Under the pieces are notes generated by a model, which saw only the letters and a program-made list of their open reading frames with translations, made no database searches and had not been told where the DNA came from. This document shows, one piece after another, positions 1 to 13,510 of a stretch of 64,000 nucleotides of DNA. The DNA is from Phoronis australis (lineage: Eukaryota > Animalia > Phoronida): assembly GCA_002633005.1 (NCBI GenBank), contig NMRA01000055.1, forward strand, positions 372,001 through 436,000, given 5' to 3'. The stretch's first letter is position 1; the number at the start of each line of letters is the position of its first letter. A program made the translations under genes and the position numbers.

Positions 1-1782
1 AACAACAGTTTTTTTGTTTTACACCTCTGTTCAAGGGTAATAACTTCAAATGTTCTATCCTATCCAACAATAATTTCAAAAATGTTTTTGTAATAAAAAT
101 GATACTGCCCCTTTAATGATCAGATTTTTTTCAACAGAAATGTCAAAACATTTGTCGCCATAAGGACACCAGGCCATTCAGTCATATCTTGTAGATGGAC
201 AACCGTGCAATTATTTGGTGATGCCATCCACCCTTGATATCACAAAAGTTGGTCTAAGCTCCTAGTGTGTTATACAGGACAGTTACCACATTATCAGTAA
301 TAAAATACTGGCTGAAAAAAAAAAATGAATTGTCAAGGACAGAAACTTTTTTAATGTTTCGCTTCTGAAATAGAAATCCTTTGGTGGTCAAAAGTGAGTG
401 TAGAATCATTCTTTCATGGAAGAAATATGATAAAAATTGCGGAAACTTCTGTGAGGGAATTTTTCATTTCTGGACAAGATTTGACTTGATACGAGTTTAC
501 ATTAGTGTATTCATTCAGCGTGATACATATTTGGTGTTTGTGCCATGACATCGGACAAAAGACTGAGTTTGGCCATTAACAAAAGATTGATATCAGGCCT
601 TTGAAAACCAGCATCTTCTGGAATACAGAGTAAATGGGAGTTAGTTGTAATGCCATGTGGGCCATATTTTTCATGTAAAACAGTTCCACGGAAATGGTAA
701 GTGTATTGTGCAGAGGCGACATTTTTATATAACGTACGACATCTAATTAGAAAAAAGATGAGATATCTGATCCACTGTCCAAAAAATCAAATCACATACC
801 AATGTTCGACAGGCACTAGTGATATGTCTTATTATCATATGACTCGACAAATAAAATGGCGGAACGGTTTCTTACCATGAGAAGGTTACAAATGGTGTAC
901 CATGCAATACAATACTTGCTCTGTTTGGTCATGGTAATGGTAGATGATGGGACAGAATAGTAACATTTTCCACATTAGTGTTCATCACTCGTAAGAGAGC
1001 AGATAAGACACCTTTGAGAGTGCTCATTTTAACTAGCTGATAAGCCTTCTGCATCCCCAGCCATGCAGTTTAAATGTTATGGCCATGGCATGCCTTCTGA
1101 TCACTCATCCTATCTGTCTCAATTCTTTTTTGCAATAGTGTCCCTTCCATTAACAAGAGCCATTAAAGGCATTAAAATGTGCCCAAAGACTGCACCCCAA
1201 ATATACTTCTAGGGCGTGTTCATTTGCATCATAAAATGGCCACCAGGAGGCTCAAAATACATCAAACCCATCTGAAAACAGGAAGGCATTGTCATTTCCC
1301 TAGCAAAAACCTATTTGCCAATTTCGTGAATATCTGTCCAGGAACTCTAAAGATACAGATACAAACATAAAAAATAAAATTGTCGCTAAGATCCTCAATT
1401 ATAGCTGAATTCCTCCAAAAGAAATCATTGTCAGATGTAATACTCATGGGAATACACATTTCAAATTTCACAAAAATCCTACAAGGGGCAATGGAAATAG
1501 TTGTGAATGCAAAAAAATGCCATTGGAGTGCACTGCAGTCGTCAATGCTGTTTTCATTAAGAACCCAGCTTCCAATGTTCTTAATGATTTGTTGAGCAGT
1601 TTTGAGGATAGACAGGCTGATGCCAACGAACTTTCAAAAAAATAAAATGGACACTGGGTGGCACACAATACACCTAATCCGTGTAAAAAATATAAAGGTA
1701 CTGCCGTCTCTGTAATAGCATATTTGCCAAACTCCATGAAAGTCCATCAAGGACCAGAGATAAACATGAAAATATAAAATTG

Positions 1783-1796
1783 CCACTAGGGGGCAC
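1783..1796 (+). promoter_or_regulatory. CTCF-like motif
   Basis: CCACTAGGGGGCAC closely matches the CTCF core consensus; motif match only. Confidence 0.3.
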
Positions 1797-2229
1797 AGTG
1801 GTAGTCATATCCATTGAAAAGTCGTAATCCACTGCCACATTAACAGAATAACACTTGTTGAATTTCAGAAGGGGTACAGAGATACAGCCGTGGATATAAA
1901 AACAGAACTTCCACTAGGACCTGCCAAAGTAGTTGAACCTGTCCTGAATCAATGCCATTCTTGGTCTTCTCAGCAGGAACACATCTGCCAATTGTCATAA
2001 TGGTCCTTTGAGTAATTTTGCAGAGAGGCAGGGGCCATAATTAATAAAAATAGACACTACGTACTGCAGAATACTTCAAATCTGTACAAAAATGGGAAGG
2101 CTCTGTGGTCTCCTTAATATGGTAGAAACCTATTTGTCAGGATTCATGAAAATCTGTCATGGAACTCAGATTCAGATGCAAATGTAAAATACTAAAATTG
2201 CCACTACGGGATACAGCGACAGGCAGATC

Positions 2230-2335
2230 CATTGGAAACTCACGGATCATTGGAAACTCACGGATCATTGGAAAGTCATGGATCACTGGAAAGTCATGGA
2301 TCATTGGAAACTCACGGATCATTGGAAAGTCATGG
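2230..2335. repeat. 18-bp minisatellite, about 6 copies
   Basis: Units GGATCATTGGAAACTCAC / GGATCATTGGAAAGTCAT in tandem; source of repetitive ORFs 2137..2406 and 2159..2359. Confidence 0.95.
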
Positions 2336-3483
2336 CCATTTGTTGTCAGTTCAATATGAACACATCTGCTAATTTTCATGAAGATCCTCTCAGGGATTTG
2401 AGACACAGCATTGGACGCTGGATATCAAGACAAAGATGACGACAATATGCACCCACACATGTATATGCAAGAGCATAAAAAACAAAAATACAAACACTTA
2501 CTGAAATTAATAATTCATATTAAGAAATACTGCAACTCATCACGCAACATAGCGTGACAATGATACTTGATTATTAAAACATAAATATTACAGTCAATCT
2601 TACATACAAAATATTTCAAACAGTAGAAGCAAAAGCACCAAACAAAACAATTTCAAATTAAATATATTTACTTGAAATGTGAAGAAAATATAAGCTATTA
2701 CTTAAATTAGTGCTAATTAAACAGTGAAGACTAATAATTTTTACTTCAGTAATGCGTCTGTACTTTCCATGAAATTTCTCATTAAACTTTTATCAGCAGT
2801 CTGAGTGACATTTGGAGTTCAGTGCCTGGAGTGGGCTAGGCAGTTCATTATGTGGCAAGGTGAGATATCAAAGAATATTCCCCTAATGAAGACATGTATA
2901 AAATTACTCATAAACTTCTCAATTAATTTTGTTAGTAATGCTCATTATTAACTCAGTAGTGTGGTAGGCACACTACAGTTGTGTCTAAACAAAAATTCCC
3001 CTCTCAATTCTTTTTCTGTTGATCAATTAACATTATTTCCGCAACCTTGTGTCATTTGTTTTAATTTTTTACCAAGTTGTCTAGACAATCCCTTGAGACA
3101 TCAAGAAAAGACAACTCACTACATTCAGCAAAAGCACTTTGAAAATTATCACAGTGAAGTTTGAAATGTGAAATAAGGCACCAGTTAAGTTTATTTATGC
3201 AAAACAAATAGCAAGAACATTTGTTGATTTCATTTGATTCTTTTCAACTAATTCCAGGTAACCAGCCAATGTTTACTTGTATATAAATATGAATAGTATT
3301 CAACTGAAAGTTACTGATGAATATAACTCACTATTTTCCTCATGTAAATGGTTCTTACCAGCCTAAACTGGAAAAGTCAATATGAGTTTAATCTTTACCT
3401 GAAAAGATGAAATTTCTAATCTGGTGATTCTGTTCCACAAAATGAGTAAGTGACGTGACAGCCCATTCAAAATTCAAATCCAA

Positions 3484-3569
3484 GCAATATTTTTGCAATG
3501 TGGAACCATGACAACAGCAAAGTGATGCAATATTTTTGCAATGTGGAACCATGACAACAGCAAAGTGAT
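3484..3569. repeat. Perfect 43-bp tandem duplication
   Basis: GCAATATTTTTGCAATGTGGAACCATGACAACAGCAAAGTGAT at 3484 and 3527. Confidence 0.95.
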
Positions 3570-3627
3570 GGACATCCTACTTGGTACAATAACACCACCA
3601 TGACTTTCATCACCCCCTCTTTAGTTA

Positions 3628-4990
3628 TAAGTAATAAACTTTATTTATAGAAGATAAAATACAAGAGATATAAAAACACGCTTAAGCCAAAGGCTAATAT
3701 ACAGCATAGTCCTATACAGCTAAAATCAAATTAAATAAATTAAAGCCTATCTTCAACGGTAACACCTGTAAATTTGGTTCCTACAACATGTTAAGAGCAT
3801 TGCTGAGCCCACTATTGCCATGAATTGCAAAATGTAATGAACTCTTAGGCCTATCGGCTTGCTTTTGTTTACGTCACCAGGAGAATCACCTTTTAATTCA
3901 AACAGCTGCGAATAACACTGGCAGGCAATGGTGTTCTATTCAGACCCCTGTTCAATACAACTGTTGTCGGCCTTTTGTTGTTTGTGCTGGGATCTCCTGT
4001 TGACGCAACATGGCACGAAAAATCAGCTTCACCTATCATTTGACAGGCTTTCATTTGCGTGATTGAACTCGCGTTTTCTTACTTTACTAAGGCTTTGCTA
4101 GGACTATTTGGTTAGCTCAATACATCTAAAATAACAAAATTTCGTTGAAGTTAGGCTTTAAGATAGACAAAAAAATTAAATTAAGTTACATTAAATTAAA
4201 GAGTATTTACAAATTGAATTTACAGACTGAATTAAAAATAAATAAATAAATAACAACTTTTATATGGTATATACATCAGAGTGACAAAAGGAGGGACAGC
4301 TATAATGATCACAGGTAACTTATGAGTTTGAGTCTGAAATCATCATAACGGTCAGCCTTCTTTAGACTATTTGGCAAGTTGTTCAACAGTTGAATGGCCT
4401 GATTAAAGAAGGCCTTAGAGTAAAGCGAAGTTCTGTGTTTAGGCAAAACAAAATTGTTTGAGGAAGAAAATCTTGTCCTGATTTGGTGGCTATTTCGAAC
4501 AAGTACCAGGTTACAAGACATATAAGTTGGTACATTATTGTGAGAACACTTATGCATCATACACAAACGCCTATTTATAAAATATTTGTCTACAGGGAGC
4601 CACCCCAGTCTGTTCAACATGAGTTGATGGAGTGTCAAAAGGTACACCTAGAATAAGTCTGCCCGCCTGCTTCTGAGCCTTCAAAAGGGAGGACACCAAT
4701 TTTGCATTGCATCCTGACCACACCTTACTACAATAAACGAACAGAGAAAATACAAAAGAGCGGAAATATTGCAGACGCCCTTCTGTGGGAAGAAATGGTG
4801 ACATACGCTGGAGAAGACCAACACGCTGTCTAATTTTAGACACAGTCCTACTAATATGGCTAGATTAGCTGAGGGTCTTGTCAACAGTAATACCCAATAA
4901 CTTTTCACTGTCAACCTGTTTGAGCCATACACCCGAAATAGCAAGATTAAGTTCAAGGTCACTCACTTCTACTATGACGTTTCTCTGAGG
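3628..4990 (-). mobile_element. 5'-truncated, degenerate CR1/L2-group LINE (RT C-terminus and 3' UTR)
   Basis: Frameshifted minus-strand peptides VDSEKLLGITVDKTLS*SSHI..VSKIRQRVGLLQRM..FVYCSKVW..QKQAGRLIL..LGWLPV..YSKAFFNQAIQLLNNLPNSLK; T-rich 3' UTR ending AATAAAGTTTATT; interrupted by the 3744-4157 insertion. Confidence 0.85.
3744..4157. mobile_element. Non-autonomous DNA transposon, Kolobok-like
   Basis: TTAA at 3740-3743 and 4158-4161; TIR AGCCTATCTTCAACG / CGTTGAAGTTAGGCT (1 mismatch); AG..CT termini. Confidence 0.75.
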
Positions 4991-7900
4991 CAAAACTTGT
5001 ACATTTAGTTTATCTTCTTGAGACGATAACCGAACATATCTCGGATACTCAGACGAGACGAGATCACAAAGTCAAATACCTATTTACGATGACATCTGAA
5101 AGTGTAAATCTCCACTCAAGTAGGGGACAAATGCCTATCCTCTCATGGGAGAACTTCCTCAGTAATGCTCAATCAGTATGGATGATGACTCATTTTGAAG
5201 ATGAAGTACTACCCATGAAAATCATTAAATGCATGTTCTCTGTCAAAAAACAAGTTTTGATTTAGCTCACTTACTACTATGAAATTGGTCTCGAAATGTT
5301 TCTTAGTTAAATTGAAGGTGATTTTAGGGCTTTGAAACAACTGACAGTTGGTGATTGCTTGAGATCAACTTCAGTTCATAAAATTTGAGGTCTTCACAAT
5401 GTATGACTTATGACTGGAATAAACATTAGCTCACAGTGTTTTTGTTGTTGACTACAACTTTCATTACAAAAATAAATAGTGAGAAAGATTACATTCATTA
5501 GTAACATACTGCACACACTATCAGATCGAAAAGATTTAAATAAGTATGGACATTTAGCATTGCTATAGACAAGGGTCATTTTAGAAAACATGGGTATGGG
5601 TCAATATTGACACACAGCACCTCCAACCTATGGGTCTCTTCACTGAACCCATGGGTCATGTTATGTATGTGTACTTTTATCAATTTGATCTTTTGGAGGC
5701 ATTATCTTTCACAAGTAATTTCATGTGCTATTCCAGTACCTGCAACCAGTGATTGACACGGAGATTGTTTTATGTGTAAAAACGTAAGGTTTGATCAGCC
5801 ATTTCCTACTGTTGTGCCAGAATCTGAATGCAATAACTAACATTTCTGCAGCAAGACAAAATGAGATGATTGTCAACACAATTTCATTGTGCATACATCA
5901 GTTGGTCTGAGTTGAGCAGTGACAGTGAGAGCATTGATGAAAATAATGATGCAACCATAATGTGGGGAAAACTCGTAAAATGAACCCTGAGTGGACCTCG
6001 GCAACTAAACGGTAGTTTAGTAGTTGTTTTGTCCACAACTGAAGAATCCCAACTGTTTTAAGAAACCTAAATTATCGAATATTATCTCTCAGTAACTACT
6101 GAAAAATGAGGCAGGTAGCATGACCACGAGTAACAGACTCTGGAGTCCTAATACAATAGACCCTATCAGCTATTGTAGGTGTTAAGCTACCGGTATTACC
6201 AGCTCTTATCAACCATGTGTGTGTCTAGATCATGGCATTATGCACTTGAGAAAACAAGCATGTTGCTGACAATCATGCAAGGCTGATGAAGCCTCAAAAC
6301 ATAGACATTCAGCATATATTGTAGTTTGTGGGAGGCTGTTAAATCATTCATAACAGTGCATCAATACAGTCAATGAAGGGTCAGTCTGTACTGTGATGAA
6401 ACAAAATCAAGACATGTGTAACCAGTCTTAGTTTTCTTTGTGCTTGATCCAGTCTAGATGAATGGATGGACATTTTTTTTAAGTTAAAGATCAGATCAGC
6501 GCAACACCAAACATAAGAAATCAAAAACTCGATATAATGAGCAACTCTTTTTTCACAGGAACTAATGAGGCAAGAAAATGCCCCACTGATGTCTAGTTTT
6601 CATCAATAAATTGCTTCAAGATATGTCGCTGATAGATTAAGCAGACAAATTATCGGCAAACAATAAATAGCAATTCACAATCATACCTTTACTTATTGTT
6701 ACAGTGAAAGGTAATTAAGTATTGAGAATCAAACAAAGGTGTTTATTGTTTTGTTTGGAAATCAGGTAGCTACAGGAATCAAGGTTCACTTCCTAATTGC
6801 CTTTCGTAAAGCAGACGGTTTTAAATACAAACATTTCATACTGAAGTGATGTTTTTCCCATTTTACTTTTTTGGATACCAGCAGTTGTACTCTGTCTGTG
6901 ACACTCTCTCTTCAGATTGTTAATTAATTACCCCAGTAACATTAACAGCAAAGGTATCCTTTAAAACACTTTTTGAAGCAGTTTACCATGAAAACCTACA
7001 AACAAATCCAAGTAACCATTCCATAAGACAAGAGACAATAAACTGAGCACGTCTTGAAAATGTCGAACTATTAAAAGATGTTTAAAGGTCAGCGCACACA
7101 ACATGATTTTTCATCATCCACAATGTCATAAACACTCATGCTGTGAGTTATCCTGGCACAAACACTGCCTTTAGCATCATTTGAATGTACAGCGCATGAA
7201 TTCTATGGACAACCAACATGATGACTGACACTGAAAAGCTGCAGCAAGAAACTGAAGTCAGCAAACATTGTTCATGCACCTGCGATGGGTTTGTAAAAAG
7301 GAAAAACAAGATAGTTTTGTGATAACACTAGCAGTAATCAAAATGATATGAATGGCACTTGCATTTTTTAAAAAAACTTCTATTACTAAAACTACAGAAT
7401 AAGAAAAAGAACTTTGCTGTGAACATACCGTAAGCAAAATTCCAGGGAGTACACTCATTACAGCATCATTTCTTGTGAAGTAAAATCATTCATATCTGTG
7501 CAATGTACTTGAAGAAGGAAATATTACCAGCTGAATTAAAAATGTTGAGTGAAGTTACCTTAAAAACAGAGCTGGTATTGAGTTCACTCGGATAGAACTG
7601 CCAGTTACACCCAGACTAAATAAGGGAAAACAGTCAATTCCTCTCAAGGCTCCAAATAACTATTATACATAGGTCACTGATAAAATAATAAATTCAGAAA
7701 CTTATTAAACAGTAATAAAGTTTATAGCTCAATGCTTAATGTTTTGCAGTTTCTGCCGAGCACAGAAATATTTCAGGAAAATTATACAGCAAACACCGCT
7801 AGTACCATCTTTAGAGTATATAAAAAGATAAGTGCAGGGGCCAGGGGACAATTCAATAAAACTGCATACCTTATTCATTAGCGAAACTTCTTCTGAAGAT

Positions 7901-9211
7901 CAATGAAATGGCTTTTTTCAGTGAGAACACCAGTGCTACCAAAACATATTCGTGGAAAAAAAAACAAATTTAACTTCCATTTGCAACATCAAAGAATCAC
8001 GATAAGAAATGGACATCTCAGAACACACAGTTCACATGAAAATTCCAAACTGATTATAAATGGACAATTAAATTATACAGAAAATCAAAAAGGAAATTAC
8101 CATGGTTTCAAAGTAATTTTGATTTCTGAAATATTGTAATAGTTGACAAGATGAGAAGGGCTTAATGGCACTGAACTATAATAGTCAAGTCCCAATAATT
8201 AGTTGATAACAACTCTTTATTAACTGCAATTGAAATTATCTTCAAAAGTTCATAGACTGTAAGGAAGACCTCTCGACAGTTAATTAAAAATCGTTGAAAA
8301 TCTTCCGGTTGCAATAGAATGCATACGGTGCTCTCAGCAGACACCATTATGCAACTGCCTGGAACATCCATTTAATTAGTTTCCAAATCAATATTATATT
8401 TTTTAGGCAACTAATGTTCAAGAGCACGCACATTGCATAAAGAACAAGGTTACCACACTCCTTTCAGGTTGATAACATTACTACTGCTACCTTTCACTTC
8501 CTGGATCTTTGCTTCTCTCTTCTTTAGCAAATTATAGCAAGGTCCCCCCCCCACACAGGGGCATGAAACATAATACAAGGAACCATATCTGGAAAATAAA
8601 AATAACAAAGGTCAAAGTGTCCTTAACTGGCTTCTCAATTTGCTCCATGTAATTGTGTCTTATTCAGTTTAATTTGCTGCTATTCAATTTGCTAAAATTA
8701 TGTGCTCCTAAATTTGACACATTCTCTACTAATTCATTAACTGGTTCTACCACTCCATCAAGATTTTGTAACTTGGTGAAGGATGTGAGTGAGAAATGGA
8801 AGGGAAAGATAGGAGGAGGAATGTGGCAGGATACAGGTGAAGGGACTGTGAAAGAAAAAGGCAATGCGAGAGAAAAGAGGGAAAATGATGGGGAGACTTT
8901 GTCCACACAGTACAGTAAAAACTCCCCGATTCAGACAGTCTCTAAAATTTTAAGACACTGAAATTTAATGCCAGATTGAATTTCCTCGATTCTGAAGATT
9001 TGGACATGGGCAATTTCATATTTCTTAAATTTTGGACACTGCATTTTGTATCAGCAAAGTCTGAAGTAAAATTGTCAAAAATAACTGGCAACACAAGATG
9101 TTTCTTTTTTGTAATTCTTGAATTTTGGACTGCCAATACTGCCTAAAATTTGGTTCAAGCTCCAACTGCAAGCAAAAGAAATATTCAGTGTCCCAATGTG
9201 GAGAATCTTTA

Positions 9212-10116
9212 GGATTGTTCTAAAACTCCCCCGACCCCCACACCCCTCGATCCACAATCCCTCGACCCATGACCCCCTCAATAAACAGCCCACAACCGCC
9301 TCGATCCAGTCTACACAAGCTCGACTCAATCTGAACATAGAACAAGCAGTGACTTGCAGTATCAATGAGTCTGGCCGTGAGCTCCGCTGGCCTTTCCCAA
9401 TTTTTTGCAACTAAGAGAGTGCTGGCCTTTCCCAATTTTTTGCAACTAAGAGAGTCAATTCGGCAAGTTTGAAAGCCAAAAACAGAAACACCGCGACCAA
9501 ATCAAATCAAAGACCTACCAACATTACAAATGTCGTTCCCAGCAAAGTGTAATCGTCTCATCTGCTCTTCAGTGAATGGTATATTCAAACTTTTTTCGGG
9601 AAAATGCGAGTAACTGACAAATATGTAACTTCATCAGTAAATACAGTTTAAACAGACAAAATGTTAACTAAAAGAGTATCTCAGTTACATGGAGTATATT
9701 GTAAACGAGTATACAACAGAAAGCAAATAATAAAATTATGTCCATTCACGTCAACAGACTCTCTCCCTAAGTTTAGTAGAACGGGGCCATTGGTAGCCAC
9801 TCGTGGAACTATTTCCGTGGCAACGATACCAACACTCACAATATATTTCAGATCATGTTCCTACGGCACTTTCCGTTTTTAACCACCAGACTTGAGCCAG
9901 AGCAGATTCACGTGTAGGAAAGTGCTATGGGAAAGTCATTCAGAGACGTAATATCATTATGAAATGTGTAAAAAGCACAGGTCGTGGGTCGAGAGGATTG
10001 TGTGTCATGGGGGTTGTGGATCATGGGGGTTGTGGATCATGGGGGTTGTGGATCATGGGGGTTGTGGATCATGGGGGTTGTGGGTCGAGGGGGTCAAGAG
10101 GTTTTTAGAACAATCT
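9212..10116. mobile_element. MULE/Mutator-like MITE
   Basis: 9-bp TSD GAATCTTTA (9203-9211, 10117-10125); TIR GGATTGTTCTAAAAC..GACCCC / GGGGTC..GTTTTTAGAACAATCT; subterminal 15-16 bp repeats CATGGGGGTTGTGGAT (about 10007-10082); internal 35-bp duplication 9386-9455. Confidence 0.85.
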
Positions 10117-11264
10117 GAATCTTTAAAATAATCAATTCTCCTTTGCTGTTGACTGTGATCCTATTCTACGGATCTCCATTGGAGAAAATCTTTTCCATCG
10201 AATCTCTAATGCATTTAATATTTAAAAAATATAAAGAGATGTTAATATTGTCCTCGATCCTCATTTTTTATTTCAAAAATTCATCCATAAACAGGTACAC
10301 TGCTTTTGAGACAACAATCACTTCCAATAAAAATTCTCAAGTCCATGGGTTCCAAAAGTGACGAGAAATTTCCAGCTAATGCATTTGGCATTTCTTTCAA
10401 GAGAAAACAATAATTTTTTTATGTCCCAGTCCAATCAGAACCGCATGACATAACATCAATCCCAAGTAAGCACAGCAGTTTAGCATACCCTTCAAAACAA
10501 AAAAATCATATATAGGTTTTTCATTTTACAAAATCCAAGTAATATTATTATTGTGGATTGACGATTACAATTGCACATAATTTTAGGGTTATACACACAA
10601 AACTGACAGGTCTAATAGCACATGGATACTCCTTAGAATGAGCAAATGGGTGACCTTTCCAAAACCATTTTCCGTACAAAAGAGCGCACTTCATATTTTT
10701 CTTGTAGTAACTTTGTTAAATTCAAAGGACTACAATTCAATGTGCATTTTGTATTGTTTAAAACCAGTTTAAAAGGTTATGTTATGGGAAAACCCTCTAC
10801 GAATGGGTGAGAGTTTCCCCCACATGGACTCTCACAAGAAAGGATGTGTCGCCAAAGTGGCTGGGTATTTCACCCTCTCAACAATTTTCAACATGAGTAT
10901 TTTGTCTCTGGGCAGGTGGCTACTTCAGCTGCTGCTGGCTAAACAGAAGACCTCAGTGGCGTCTAGGGAATTTCATATCTTGTCTCAGGTAACCATTTTG
11001 CCTGATGTCCAGGTATTGCAGCATTGGGCTGGACTTTGAGTATGCAATGATATTTGTTATGCGGGCAATCTCCCGAATATTTTCCTGATAGTTCCGAATT
11101 GCTTGACGTTTCACACCATCTCATTACACAATCAGTCTTGTGATGTGTCAACAAGTTCAGCGATACCATGTGAGGTACTCTATATCCAGATATTCATAGA
11201 CATCATCTGTTCATGGTAAATTTGACACACAATTTGCTTCACATAGAAAGGAGGTATGTGACAG

Positions 11265-11900
11265 GGAATGAAGAGTCACAAGGGGGAGGAAGGGTTATGA
11301 GGAAGATGGATGGAATATGAAGAGAGTAAGTGTCGGAGAGAGAGGAGTAGGAAGGGAGGCTGCAAGGAAGAGGGGGATAGGAAGGGAGGCTGGGAGGATG
11401 AGAGAGGTGATTAAGGAAGAAAGATTGTGATGACAAGGGACGATAAAGGAAGGGAGACTCTAAGGACGAGGAAGGGGATATAGGAAGGGAGGTTGTGAGG
11501 AAGAGGGAGGGACTGTTAAGACAACACTGAGGACGAGGGGGCATAGGGAGGCTGGGAAAAGGGAAGGGCAGGAAGGGGGCTGTGAGGAATACGGAGAGGT
11601 ATGAAGGGAGGCTGTGAGGAATACGGAGAGGTATGAAGGGGGCTGTGAGTGAAGAGGGAGGAAACTAAACTGTGAGTGGAGCATAGGATGTGAGAAAGAA
11701 TGGATAGCGGATGGGAGGCTATGAGGAAGAGGGCGTGGATTAAGAAAGGGAGGCTGTGAGGAAGAGCGGATGGATGGAGCTGTGAGGAAGACCGGGGGAT
11801 ATAGGAAAGCTGATTGTGAGGAGAGAGGGGATTAGTGAAAGAACAAACTGAGATGCTGATGGGAGAATTGTGGACTTGAGACTGGAAGTGAAGAGAGTGA
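11265..11900. repeat. Purine-rich (GA) degenerate minisatellite / low complexity
   Basis: Recurrent GGAAGGGAGGCTGTGAGGAA motif at roughly 30-bp spacing; produces spurious Pro/Ser ORFs on -. Confidence 0.85.
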
Positions 11901-12788
11901 GGTATTAACCAGACTTGGTATAGCCAAAATTTTTTTCAATGCGACAAGATGTAAGTTTGTATACTCACATGGGTACCTACACTTCCTACCTTCGACTTCA
12001 CTAATTCAGGTATCTTTTGATTGTTTGATCTTTCTTCTCAAATTACAAAGGTTGTCCTCTGAATAACAAGGTCATCGTCAAGTAAGGGTTCAACTTCAAT
12101 TTCAATAACACAAGCACATATTTGCTGACACTGAACAAGATAATCACAGTATCGGCAACCGATTACAACCCATGAACTAAATAGCATGGCAATTCTGCAA
12201 AGGAATGCCCTAAATGTTGCACTTGAGCAAGAACAATGGAGATTCATAACTGTTTCCATCCCTGAGAGTTTGCATTCAAGCGGGATGCTGACAAGGCATA
12301 ATGAAATTTCATGGTGATAGGTCGACGGTCTCATATAACCACCACACCTATTCACGAGACAGTTAAATTTTTTAAGCAAACCGCAAGTCATTGTTCAGCG
12401 GATGACTACATCCGGTATGACGACTATACTCAAGAGGTTGATGTTATGCTTCATGCTGCTCATACTCATAAAGTTAATGGTGTTGAGATAAGAGTTGCTC
12501 ATTGGACCAAGGCCTTTAATTTCTCATTCACTTTTTTGGTCTTTTGGGAGACTAGTCTCTTCAAATTGATGATACAATTATGTGTCCATTGAGTTTACAG
12601 TCGCAGGTGTCCCTACGATTCCATCACGGGCATTTTGCATTATACAAACAACTGAGTGAAACCTGCACTATCGCAAAAAAGGATGTTTCTACACACAGTA
12701 ATGATACACCATGACCGTTCACTACACATTAACCTGCCAGAAGTCTCAACCGTATTGTCACGTACGGCGCAAGATGATCAGTGTTCAG

Positions 12789-12795
12789 CACACAC

Positions 12796-12839
<44 letters not shown>
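12789..12839. repeat. (CA)n microsatellite
   Basis: Directly visible. Confidence 0.98.
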
Positions 12840-12840
<1 letters not shown>

Positions 12841-13327
12841 CTCAGAAATGGTGGCAATTACTAGGCAGGAATGTGGATTGGGTCATGGTGCTCATGCACT
12901 AAGATGCAAATTGCAAGTCACGATTACTGGTGTTGTTGTCATTGTTGTGTTGTTGTTATGGTGTTTCTAATTCCCCCTAGTATGTAGGCCTTCTGTACTT
13001 AACCATGAATTGAAACCAGTCTTGATTGTTCACTGTGTATCTTCTGACAATTTCCTGACGAAATAAATGGTGGTCAGGCTTAATTAGCCAAGGCACTGAA
13101 CAGCTAACTGGCAAATTGTAAAAATCGTGCGAAATTCATCACCTGTATACGTGTTTTTGCACGAGGGCAATAGAGCTGATCCCTTCTGCAAACAGTCACA
13201 GTTTCGCCTTTAGAGGAATGGTTGACATGGAACAAGATGAATAGATGCAACATGTTCTAACTCACAAATGGGTGACAAAAGTTGCCACTGTGGTGTCAGT
13301 TTGCTCCACCTCAGTTCTGTTTACACA

Positions 13328-13510
13328 CATAGACCCAATTCACGCAGACAAGAGGCGCGTTCCAAAACGAGGCTCGCTACGATAGCTCCGGTGACTTATT
13401 GGCACATACTGGTTGTATTCAGCGTTGCTCGAAACGGCTGAAAAACTACGGACACTCAACTGTCTGTTTTACAATCCCTCAAGACGTTGAGATTCGGAAG
13501 CGTACGTTCG
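13328..13510 (+). mobile_element. End of a P-like (CATAGAC-terminus) DNA transposon with degenerate THAP domain
   Basis: First about 57 bp recur inverted at 29848-29906; followed by HTGCIQRCSKR..VCFTIPQDVEIRKR, resembling the THAP N-terminus (CxxxC..F.IP.D...R..W). Confidence 0.55.

Noticed and set aside
11239-11684. Pro/Ser-rich ORFs on -
   Set aside because: Artefact of the GA-rich low-complexity tract
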